In this document: one piece after another, positions 54,822-64,000 of the stretch
Numbering within the stretch: position 1 is the stretch's first letter
Layout: every line of letters begins with the position of its first letter
NCBI GenBank assembly: GCA_951406725.2
Contig: OX597828.1
Span: 38,874,001 to 38,938,000 of the forward strand
Length of the DNA stretch: 64,000 nt
Direction: 5' to 3'
Source of the DNA: Octopus vulgaris
Lineage: Eukaryota
Translations under genes and position numbers: made by a program
Notes under the pieces: model-generated
Database searches by the model: none
The model's input: only the letters and a program-made list of their open reading frames with translations
Told to the model about the DNA's origin: nothing

Positions 54822-55026
54822 TTACTCTTTTACTTGTTTCAGTCAGACTGCGGCCATGCTGGTGCACCACATTTAGTTGAGCAAATCGACCCCAGGACTT
54901 AATTCTTTGTAAGCCTTATACTTATTCTGTCAGTTTCTTTTACCAAACTGGTAAGTTACAGGGACATAATTGCACCAGCATTGGTTGTCAAGTGATGTGG
55001 GGGCAGGGGGGACAAACACAAACATA

Positions 55027-55068
<42 letters not shown>

Positions 55069-55247
55069 CACACATACACACACATGATAGGCTTCTTTCA
55101 GTTTCTGTCTACCAAATCCACTCACAAGGTTTTGGTCAGCCCAAGGCTATAGTAGATGCTTGCCCAAGGTGCCATACAGTGGGACTGAACCTGGAACCAT
55201 ATGGTTGGTAAGCAAGCTACTTACCACACAGCCACTCCTGTGCCTAT
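54822..55247 (-). mobile_element. tRNA-derived SINE (family A) with internal (TA)n
   Basis: Full reverse complement of family A, from the GAAACAAGTAAAAG tail to GGCTGTGTGGTAAGTAGCTTGC. Confidence 0.8.
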
Positions 55248-55807
55248 GTTCTTTTTTCAAATCCTGCCAAAGTCACCTTTGACTTTCATCCTTTTGGGGT
55301 GGATAAAATAAAGGACCAATCAAGTATCCACTTCCCTAGCTTATTTAAGAAATTAATATGTTATAGAAATTATTTTGTTGTTACAGCATTAAAGATAAAC
55401 ACTACAGAATGTTAGTGTTAACATTATTTAGTGCAGTGAACAGGAAAACAAAGATTAAAGTGTTATTTGAAGTGTTGTAGAATAGAAGACAAATCATTTG
55501 GAAAACTTCAATGCTGTTGGAGATTAATATAAGTAAAAACAAGCTATTAAACTTTTGCTTTAAAACATTTAACAATCCTCATATCCTGCCAAAAGGGTCC
55601 TAAATATATGTATATGGTTCAGTGTTGTATAAAAACAAAAAAAAAAGACAGTTACAAGTGAAGGAGCAACAAACGGTGTATTAGTTTGATGAGCAAGAAA
55701 AATAGAAGAGTCTTTGTTTTGGGCCTACACTCTTCTACAGAAAGGAATATGGGGAGAATGAAGAGAAAGAAAATGTACCTGTATTAACAGTTGCACATCT
55801 GTATATA

Positions 55808-55945
55808 TTAGGAAGGGCATCCAGCTGTAGAAACATTGCCAGATCAGGTTGGGCCTGGTGCAGCCTTCTGGCTTCCCAGACCCCAGTTGAACCATCCAAC
55901 CCATGCTAGCATGGAAAGCGGACGCTAAATGATGATGATGATGAT
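55808..55945 (+). mobile_element. Very short RTE 3' tail copy
   Basis: TTAGGAAGGGCATCCAGCTGTAGAAAC..CCAACCCATGCTAGCATGGAAAGCGGACG.TAAAT(GAT)n. Confidence 0.85.
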
Positions 55946-55962
55946 ATATATATATATATAAA

Positions 55963-58845
55963 CACAGGTACAAGATTTTCTGGGCAGGGAACACTGACGG
56001 GGTTGGTGGCGTGGGTATACTTATCGCTGAGAAATGGATAGATAGAGTAATTGAGGTAATCAGAGTAAGTGACAGAATACTTAAGATTAGAATAGTGCTT
56101 CATAATAGATTAGCAACCATTATATCGGCCTATGCCCCTCAGCCAGGGCTACCCGATGGACAGAAAGACAGTTTTTATGACACCCTACTGCAGACCACCT
56201 CATTGACGAACGACAGGGACCTTCTCTTTGTGGCTGGTGATTTCAATGGGCATGTTGGACGACATGCTGGGGGCTTCCATGGCGTGCATGGAGGCTACGG
56301 TTATGGTTCCCGCAACGCGGAGGGAACCAGGCTGCTGGAGTTCTGCGATGCGAATAGTCTTATGATCTGCAACACTAACTTCAGGAAACCAACAAGCCAC
56401 CTGGTCACCTACCGATCGGGCCGGCATACTAGCCAAATCGACTACATCCTCGCCAGAAAAAGGGAAAGATGGCTGCTTATAAATGCCAAAACCTTCCCAG
56501 GCAAAGAATGCACCCCACAACATAGACTGGTAGTTAGTGACTTTAGGATCAGGACTAAGAGGGCGACTAGAAGACGACCAACATGGAAAAGAAGGGTCTG
56601 GAAGCTTAAAGACCCTGCGAATGGACAGAGATTTAGAGATATGTTACTTGAAGCCTTTGACGAAGTGGAAGGGGGTATAGCTACACATGGGGTAGAAGAC
56701 AACTGGACGTTTCTGAGGGACAACCTGCTGAAAGCCGCTGACCAGATCTGTGGCTGGTGCAAAGTCCCCTTAAGACCCAAAATAACATGGTGGTGGAACA
56801 ATATTGTTGATAGGGCTATTAGACGAAAGAAACAGGCTTGGAAGGCCTGGAAGAACGGTGGTAGCAGGGAAGTGTATCAGACTGCCAGAAGGGAAGCTAG
56901 GAGACAGGTCTATCTAGCCAGAGGGGAAGCAGATAAAAGAAAATTTGCCAATGTCCTGCGCCGTGAGGATGAAAGACTTGAGGTATTTCGTGTTGCAAGA
57001 CAGTGTGTGAGAGAGAATCGAGATGTGGTAGGAGAGAAATGTGTTCGCATGGAGGATGGTTCACTTGCGCTAAATGAGGATGCAAAGAGAGAAGCTTGGA
57101 GACGCCACTATGAAAGGTTGCTGAATGAGGAAAATGAATGGGATAAAGAGAGTCTGCCGAATGTTGACCCAACAGAGGGACCAGCTATCCGAGTTGATAG
57201 TTCCGTGGTAGCTAAGGCAATTAGAAGCATGAAGACAGGGAAAGCCCCAGGCCCATCAGGAATTACTGCAGAGATGCTCAAAATATCTGGTAGTGTCGGC
57301 TATAGCATAGTCACCCGTATAGTTAACCAGGTGATACACGAAGGAGTCATACCCAATGACTGGTGTAGCAGCATAATAGTCAACTGCTACAAAGGTAAAG
57401 GCGATGCCCTAGATACAAATAACTACAGGGGCATCAAGCTGTTGGATCAGGTAATGAAGGTTACGGAGAGGGTTATAGCCCAGTTAATTAGAGAGAGAGT
57501 TAGCTTAGATGATATGCAGTTTGGGTTCATGCCAGGGAAAAGTACTACTGATGCTATATTCCTGGTAAGACAGCTGCAGGAGAAATACCTAGCCAAAGGT
57601 AAGCCCTTGTACCTGGCTTTTGTTGACTTAGAGAAAGCCTTTGACAGGGTCCCCCGATCCCTTATCTGGTGGTCAATGAGGAAACTAGGGATAGATGAAT
57701 GGTTAGTGAGAGCTGTGCGAGCCATGTACAGAGACGCAGCTAGTAAGGTGAGGGTTGGCAACGAGTACAGTGAAGAATTCCGGGTAGAGGTTGGGGTCCA
57801 CCAAGGTTCAGTCCTCAGCCCCCTCCTATTTATCATAGTCCTCCAGGCAATAACGGAAGAATTTAAGACAGGATGCCCCTGGGAGCTCCTATATGCTGAT
57901 GACCTTGCTCTAATTGCTGAGTCACTATCAGAACTGGAGGAGAAGTTTCAGGTGTGGAAACAAGGATTAGAATCGAAGGGCCTTAGAATCAACCTAGCCA
58001 AAACCAAAGTCCTAATAAGTAGGAAGGTGGACCAACCACAAACGACTTCAGGTAGATGGCCCTGCTCGATCTGTAGAAAAGGTGTAGGTAGAAACTCTAT
58101 AAGGTGCACCAAGTGTAAGCTATGGACACATAAGAGGTGCAGCAATGTCAAAGGTAGGCTAACTGGGAAGATAGTTTTCGTATGTGGCAGATGCTCAGGA
58201 GAAATAAACACTGGAAATGTGCAGAGACCAACTTCTACCACGTTCCAGGGAGACAAACTAGAAGTAGTTGATAGCTTCCGCTACCTTGGAGACCAAATTA
58301 GTAGCGGGGGTGGGTGTGCTGAAAGTGTAACTGCTAGAGTAAGAATAGCCTGGGCAAAGTTTAGAGAGCTCTTACCCCTGCTGGTGACAAAAGGCCTCTC
58401 GCTCAGAGTAAAAGGCAGACTTTATGATGCATGTGTACGTACAGCCATGCTACATGGTAGTGAAACATGGGCCGTGACTGCTGAGGATATGCGTAAGCTC
58501 GCAAGAAATGAAGCCAGTATGCTCCGATGGATGTGTAATGTCAGTGTTCATAATCGTCAGAGTGTAAGTACCTTGAGAGAAAAGTTGAACCTAAGAAGCG
58601 TCAGTTGTGGTGTGCAAGAGAGACGGCTGCGCTGGTATGGTCATATGACGAGAATGGCTGAAGATAGTTGTGTGCAAAAGTGCTACACCCTAGCAGTTGA
58701 GGGAACCTGTGGAAGAGGTAGACCCAGGAAAACCTGGGACGAAGTGGTGAAGCACGACCTACGAACTTTAGGTCTCACCAAGGAAATGACTAGAGACCGA
58801 GACCTATGGAAGTATGCTGTGCGTGAGAAGACCCGGCAAGACTAG
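55963..58845 (+). CDS. RTE ORF: APE endonuclease (N-terminus missing), reverse transcriptase with embedded PHD-type zinc finger
   Basis: Frame open from HRYKIFWAG..; SAYAPQ, GDFNGHVG, SQIDYIL, KAPGPSGI, NYRGIKLL, QFGF, FVDLEKAFDRV, GVHQGSVLSPLLF, YADD (57892-57903), FRYLG, GRPRKTW. No true start codon. Confidence 0.93.
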   Translation, partial: HRYKIFWAGNTDGVGGVGILIAEKWIDRVIEVIRVSDRILKIRIVLHNRLATIISAYAPQPGLPDGQKDSFYDTLLQTTSLTNDRDLLFVAGDFNGHVGRHAGGFHGVHGGYGYGSRNAEGTRLLEFCDANSLMICNTNFRKPTSHLVTYRSGRHTSQIDYILARKRERWLLINAKTFPGKECTPQHRLVVSDFRIRTKRATRRRPTWKRRVWKLKDPANGQRFRDMLLEAFDEVEGGIATHGVEDNWTFLRDNLLKAADQICGWCKVPLRPKITWWWNNIVDRAIRRKKQAWKAWKNGGSREVYQTARREARRQVYLARGEADKRKFANVLRREDERLEVFRVARQCVRENRDVVGEKCVRMEDGSLALNEDAKREAWRRHYERLLNEENEWDKESLPNVDPTEGPAIRVDSSVVAKAIRSMKTGKAPGPSGITAEMLKISGSVGYSIVTRIVNQVIHEGVIPNDWCSSIIVNCYKGKGDALDTNNYRGIKLLDQVMKVTERVIAQLIRERVSLDDMQFGFMPGKSTTDAIFLVRQLQEKYLAKGKPLYLAFVDLEKAFDRVPRSLIWWSMRKLGIDEWLVRAVRAMYRDAASKVRVGNEYSEEFRVEVGVHQGSVLSPLLFIIVLQAITEEFKTGCPWELLYADDLALIAESLSELEEKFQVWKQGLESKGLRINLAKTKVLISRKVDQPQTTSGRWPCSICRKGVGRNSIRCTKCKLWTHKRCSNVKGRLTGKIVFVCGRCSGEINTGNVQRPTSTTFQGDKLEVVDSFRYLGDQISSGGGCAESVTARVRIAWAKFRELLPLLVTKGLSLRVKGRLYDACVRTAMLHGSETWAVTAEDMRKLARNEASMLRWMCNVSVHNRQSVSTLREKLNLRSVSCGVQERRLRWYGHMTRMAEDSCVQKCYTLAVEGTCGRGRPRKTWDEVVKHDLRTLGLTKEMTRDRDLWKYAVREKTRQD

Positions 58846-58999
58846 TCAGGCCATAACCCGTGGCCCCTACCTAGGACGTAGTCAGTCCACCTGTGCATAC
58901 CTTCCTTCTTGTGACACTTGTGAAGACCTGTTGAGGCAAGTGAAAATCAAACAAAATCAAAATAGATGAACATCAATGGAATTTGTATCTTTGCGGTAC

Positions 59000-59780
59000 C
59001 AGTGCCGGTGGCACACAAGAATACCATCCGAACGTGGGTGTAGCCAGTACCGCACCGACTGGCCTCCATGCTGTGGGCACGTAACAATCACCACCCAATC
59101 GTGGACAATCGCCAGCCAAATCTGGCTCCTGTGTCGGTGGCACATAAAAAAAACACCATCCGAGCGTGGTCGTCTGCTAGCCTTGTCTGGCACCTGTGTC
59201 GGTGGCACATAAAAACACCATCCGAGCGTGGCCGTTCGCCAGCCTCGTCTGGCACCTGTGTCGGTGGCACATAAAAACACCATCCAAGCGTGGTCGTCTG
59301 CTAGCCTTGTCTGGCACCTGTGTCGGTGGCACATAAAAAACACCATCCGAGCGTGGCCGTTCGCCAGCCTCGTCTGGCACCTGTGTCGGTGGCACATAAA
59401 AAACACCATCCGAGCGTGGTCGTCTGCTAGCCTTGTCTGGCACCTGTGTCGGTGGCACATAAAAACACCATCCGAGCGTGGCTGTTCGCCAGCCTCGTCT
59501 GGCACCTGTGTCGGTGGCACATAAAAACACCATCCGAGCGTGGTCGTCTGCCAGCCTTGTCTGGCACCTGTGTCGGTGGCACATAAAAACACCATCCGAG
59601 CGTGGTCGTTCGCCAGCCTCGTCTGGCACCTGTGTCGGTGGCACATAAAAAAAAAACACCATCCGAGCGTGGTCGTCTGCCAGCCTTGTCTGGCACCTGT
59701 GTCGGTGGCACATAAAAACACCATCCGAGCGTGGCCGTTCGCCAGCCTCGTCTGGCACCTGTGTCGGTGGCACATAAAAT
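59000..59780 (+). repeat. 62-bp tandem array in the RTE 3' UTR with a 124-bp higher-order dimer
   Basis: 11 copies of TGTGTCGGTGGCACATAAAA from ~59130 to ~59779, separated alternately by ..GGTCGTCTGC(T/C)AGCCTTGTCT and ..GG(C/T)(C/T)GTTCGCCAGCCTCGTCT, plus 2 diverged upstream units. Confidence 0.95.
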
Positions 59781-60002
59781 CACCCACTACACTCTCGGAG
59801 TGGTTGGCGTTAGGAAGGGCATCCAGCTGTAGAAACACTGCCAGATCTGACTGGCCTGGTGCAGCCTTCGGGCTCCCCAGACACCAGTTGAACCGTCCAA
59901 CCCATGCTAGCATGGAAAGCGGACGTTAAATGATGATGATGATGATGATGATATATAAATTAAATTAAAGATGTATATATATATAAAATCATCATCATTG
60001 TT

Positions 60003-61070
60003 AAATGCTTAGTAGTATTTCGCCTGTTATTACATTCTGAGGCCAACTTTATCTTTCATCCTTTCAGGGTCAGTAAATTAAAGTACCAGTGAAATACTAG
60101 GGTTGATGTAATCAATTAGTCCCCTCCCACCAAATTTCAGGTTTCGTGCGTTTAGCAGAAAGGATCATTATTATTATTACCATTTTAATGTCCAGTTTTT
60201 CATGTGTCAGACAGTTTACTGAAGCAGATTTTCTACAGCCTTGCCTTTCCTGTCACCAACTCTCATGTTTCCAAGCAAAATATTTCCCCGTGGCTAGACA
60301 TGATTTTGTAGAATATTCTTTTCTACTCTAGGCACAAGGTCCCAAATGTTTGGGGAGGGGGCCAGTCGATTAGATTGACCCCAGTACACAACTGGCACTC
60401 AATTTATCGACCCCGAAAGGATGAAAGGCAAAGTCAACCTCGGTGGAATTTGAACTCAGAATGTAAAGACAGACGAAATACTGCTAAGCATTTAGCCTGG
60501 CATACTAACATTTCTGCCAGCTTGCCGCCTTATTTTTGCAAAATATTGGAAATGAATGACACCAATTGTAAAACAGTGACATTCATTAACAGCTACCACA
60601 AGATGTCAAGACAAGGATACACACACACACATACATGAATATACACATATGTGATAAACTTCTTTCAGTTTCTGTCTACCAAAACCTCTCACAAGGCTAT
60701 AGTATGTAGACAATTGCCCAACTTGCAGTGGGACTGAACTCAAACCCATCTGGTTGGGAAGCAAACTTAACTACACATCCATGCCTGCATCTACGTTTTA
60801 ATAAAGATAACTATGCAATAACATTACCTCAATGATTAATATTTAGGCAAATAAGATGGTAAGCTGGCAGAATCGTTAGCATTCTGAGAAAAATGTCTAA
60901 TGTTTTGAGTTCAAATTCCATTGAGGTTGACTTTGCCTTTCGCCTCAACTGGTACTTATTTTATTGACCCTTTCAAGGTCAATAAAATAAGTACCAATTA
61001 AGGTTTGGGGTTGATGTAATCAACTTACCCAAAATTGCTATCCTTGTTCCAAAATTTGAAACCAATATTA
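60003..61070. mobile_element. Cluster of SINE copies (family B at ~60003-60175 +, ~60315-60531 -, ~60852-61070 +; family A fragment at ~60660-60790 -)
   Basis: CTTTCATCCTTTCAGGGTC..AAGTACCAG core and GAGTTCAAATTCC B-box in alternating orientations. Confidence 0.75.
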
Positions 61071-63447
61071 TTTAGACAAGGATGGAAAACAACTCTTTAC
61101 ATGTTTCAGTATTATTAACATCTTTTCAGCAAAGTTAAGCATAGACTTCGTTATGTAAATGTTTGCACAAAACAACAACATAACTGTCATAGATTAGTAT
61201 GCTATGTCAGGTTATACTTGAAGAAAATTAAAGATTGACTAGAAACATATTTTATAACTAGTCAAAAACTTAATTTTATCTTCAAATAAAAATTATTTCA
61301 CATAACATCAAAATTTCATGCTAGTTTATATTCCAAACACCAGCATAATAATGACAGAATTATTTTGGTAAACTCTTCATTATTTTCAAGATTAACTGAA
61401 ACAAAAGTAATATGTTAGCAAAAGTGTTAAGATTAAGACTTGATAAGTGTTAAAATTCAGATTGTCATTCAAAAATATTTAAGATATTGATCAGATTGAT
61501 TTGAGTATAATTGTAAAATTAATATAATATACACTTGCTAATATGTGGTTGGGAAGCGAGCTTCTTACCATGCAGCCACGCCTGCACTTGGACATAGTTT
61601 TTATCAGTTTTGACTTCTATATTCTTTTAAAGCCATGATATGTAGAAGGCACATAGTTGACTGGCTAGGGTATTTGGTTTACAATCATAAGGTCATGAGT
61701 TCAATCCTCAGTGGCACATTGTGTCCTTGAGCAAGAGACTTTGTTTCTTGTTGAATATGTTCCAGTTACAGATTATAATGACTGATTAAGCAATAGATAG
61801 TTGTGCCTATGTGGTCAAGAATTTTGCTTTGCAACTACCTAGTTCTGGTTTGAATTGCAGAGTCAGAATCTTAGCCATGTCTCTTTTATCATAAACTTAT
61901 GTTGATAACGCCATGTGAGTCAAATGTGGTAGTCAGAAACGGCAAAAACACATGTGCACACACACACAAATATGTAAGAGAGAGAAAGGTTTCAATCAAT
62001 GTTACAAACAGAGAAAGGAAACCTGCCATTTATTTGTCTTCTTACAATATGACCGGATGTTATTATTCTCATCTCAGATAAGACTGGTAAATGCATACAA
62101 GCATGATCTGTATATACTCTTAATACAGGTGGAGTGAGGGGCTTTATATTCGTCTTAGTTCCACCCCTATTCTTGAATTTACAGTATATATACATATATA
62201 TTGATATATAGAAAGAGAGATAGAAACAGACAGAGATAGGCTTGTGAACATGTTATAAGAAGACAAACTTATCATCATCATCATCATTTTCCATTATCCA
62301 CTTTTCCATGCCTACATTGGTTAGATGAAAGTTTGTAGAAGGATTTTTCTACAGCTGGTCGTTCTTCCTTTCACCCAACACTCACCCGTTTCCAAACAAG
62401 GTAATGTTTCCCCGTAGTCTATCAAACAATGAACAGCCCAAATATATTTTTGCAATGACAGCACAAACTGTGGCTTTTGTTTACAACCAACACATATATG
62501 TCAACATGACATAGATACACACTCACACAGACATGTACACATATATACATATACATGGGTGTGTGTGTGTAAGAGAGAGAGAAAGACTGATCTTTCCAGT
62601 TTCTATTTAACAAATTTCATTCGAGGCATTGGTCAATTCATAACTATCATAGAAGACACCAACCAGAAGTGTCCACACAATGGGAACTGACCCTCAACCA
62701 CAGTAAACTTCTTAACCATACAGCAATGCCTGTACCTGTATATATATAGATAGATATTATATTAAATTAGAGATAAAACCACTATTAGGCAAATCAAACA
62801 GTGAAAAACATAAGCCAATACATAAAATTAAGTTTAAAATATAAAAGTTAAAAATTTAAAAATTATTTAAATAATTTAAACTTATAAATTTTAAATATAT
62901 ATATATGTATTTATATTTTTATATTTATATATTATTTTATTTATTTATTTATTTTATATATAAATATCAAAAGTATTAAAAGTTTAATAAACGATAAAGA
63001 TATATATATATATATATACTTTATTTAAAAGCTGCAGAAATATAACAAAAGCTGTTACTCAGAGTTTCACATTCCCATTATATTTTGTCAATATTTCTGT
63101 TGCTTTAAATAATGCATATTACTCTACCTCTGGTATTTGAGTACTCTTTCTTTCCACCTTGTTTCACATTTATGTGCTTACTCCGGTATATATATATATA
63201 TATAAGCACATAAATATATATATAAAGACAACTATCTTTGTCCCTCTTACTCTAACTTCTCACCTGACACACTGCCACTCCCCTCGGTTCCACTCCATCT
63301 CTTAACAAAGAATTTGAGCTTAGAATATGAAGATAGACAACATGCTGCTAAGCATTTTATTTGGCATGTTAATGATTCTGCCAGCTTTCCACCTTAATAA
63401 ATTAAAATACATATTAAATAAAGAATCTTTAAGCCAAGCCAACCAGC

Positions 63448-63526
63448 GGGTGACCTAGGGGTAGACCGAGATGGTTGGATAATAAATAAGGGTGACCTAA
63501 GGGTAGACCAAGATGGTTGGATAATA
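63448..63526 (+). repeat. 42-bp-period tandem duplication of a LINE C-terminal fragment
   Basis: GGGTGACCTA(G/A)GGGTAGACC(G/A)AGATGGTTGGATAATA twice; reads like RPRGRP..WLDN. Confidence 0.6.
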
Positions 63527-63589
63527 TCCATGGTCTCAGTTGTTCATGCTTCCAGGAATAGCAGGTGGGGAAGATGGGTGAAATTCTTT

Positions 63590-63981
63590 TATTCTTTTAC
63601 TTGTTTCAGTCATTTGTCTGCAGCCATGCTGTAGCACCACCTTGAAGGGTTTTAGTTGAAGAAATCGCCCCCAGGACCTACTCTTTGTAAGCCTTGAACT
63701 AATTTTAATAGCCACTTTTGCCGAACCACTAAGTTACATAAACGTAAACACACCAACATCAATTGTCAAGTGATGTTGAGGGAACAAACACAGACACACA
63801 CACATATACATATATATATGATAGGCTTCGTTTCAGTTTCTGTCTACCAAATCCACTCACAAAGCTTTCGTTGGCTCGAGGCTGTAGTAGAAGACATTTG
63901 CCCAAGGTGCCATGCAGTAGTACTGAATCCGGAACCATGTGGTTGGGAAGCGAGGTTCTTACCATGCAGCCACGCCTGCAC
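63590..63981 (-). mobile_element. tRNA-derived SINE (family A)
   Basis: Reverse complement of family A, including GTGCAGGCGTGGCTGCATGGTAAG head and GAAACAAGTAAAAG tail. Confidence 0.8.
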
Positions 63982-64000
63982 TTGGACATAGTTTTTATCG

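Larger units (their letters stand above)
55961..59952 (+). mobile_element. Young 5'-truncated RTE-clade non-LTR retrotransposon
   Basis: Uninterrupted APE-RT ORF, ~1.1-kb 3' UTR with tandem array, (GAT)n tail; possible TSD ATATATAAA at both ends. Confidence 0.95.

Noticed and set aside
56509-56529. APE motif reads PQHR instead of SDH
   Set aside because: QHR variants are, to my knowledge, common in RTE-clade endonucleases, so this is not evidence of inactivation or novelty.
56200-58256. Antisense ORFs within the RTE ORF
   Set aside because: Shadow ORFs with no independent signal.
59130-59779. CRISPR-like repeat/spacer appearance
   Set aside because: The spacers are two alternating near-identical variants, there are no cas genes, and the array lies in a eukaryotic LINE 3' UTR.
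58957-59929. Repetitive ORFs up to 318 aa (CHRHRCQTRL..)
   Set aside because: By-products of a stop-poor tandem array read in several frames.
63020-63190. Repeat fragment with short inverted arms, considered as a possible hammerhead/Penelope terminus
   Set aside because: No CTGANGA core paired with GAAA could be identified.

Overview
AT-rich, repeat-dense animal genomic DNA; the SINE and LINE repertoire suggests an octopus/coleoid cephalopod (inference). Two host genes sit head-to-head, with only 522 bp between their start codons. One is the first coding exon of a C9orf85 homolog (minus, 4356-4564, downstream exons apparently outside the window). The other is a complete ABHD17 depalmitoylase (plus; exons 5087-5733 and 45981-46203, 289 aa, one 40,247-bp intron). 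The same divergent pair exists in human (ABHD17B/C9orf85), and the spacer carries ETS/CRE motifs. The rest of the window is mostly mobile DNA. It includes a young, 5'-truncated RTE-clade LINE (~55961-59952) whose open ORF has a PHD-type zinc finger inserted inside the reverse transcriptase and whose 3' UTR holds a 62-bp structured tandem array. There are also several older copies of that LINE, three mariner relics, Merlin-, hAT-, piggyBac- and Tc1/pogo-type MITEs, many tRNA-derived SINEs and microsatellites. Most short ORFs in the supplied track are spurious.
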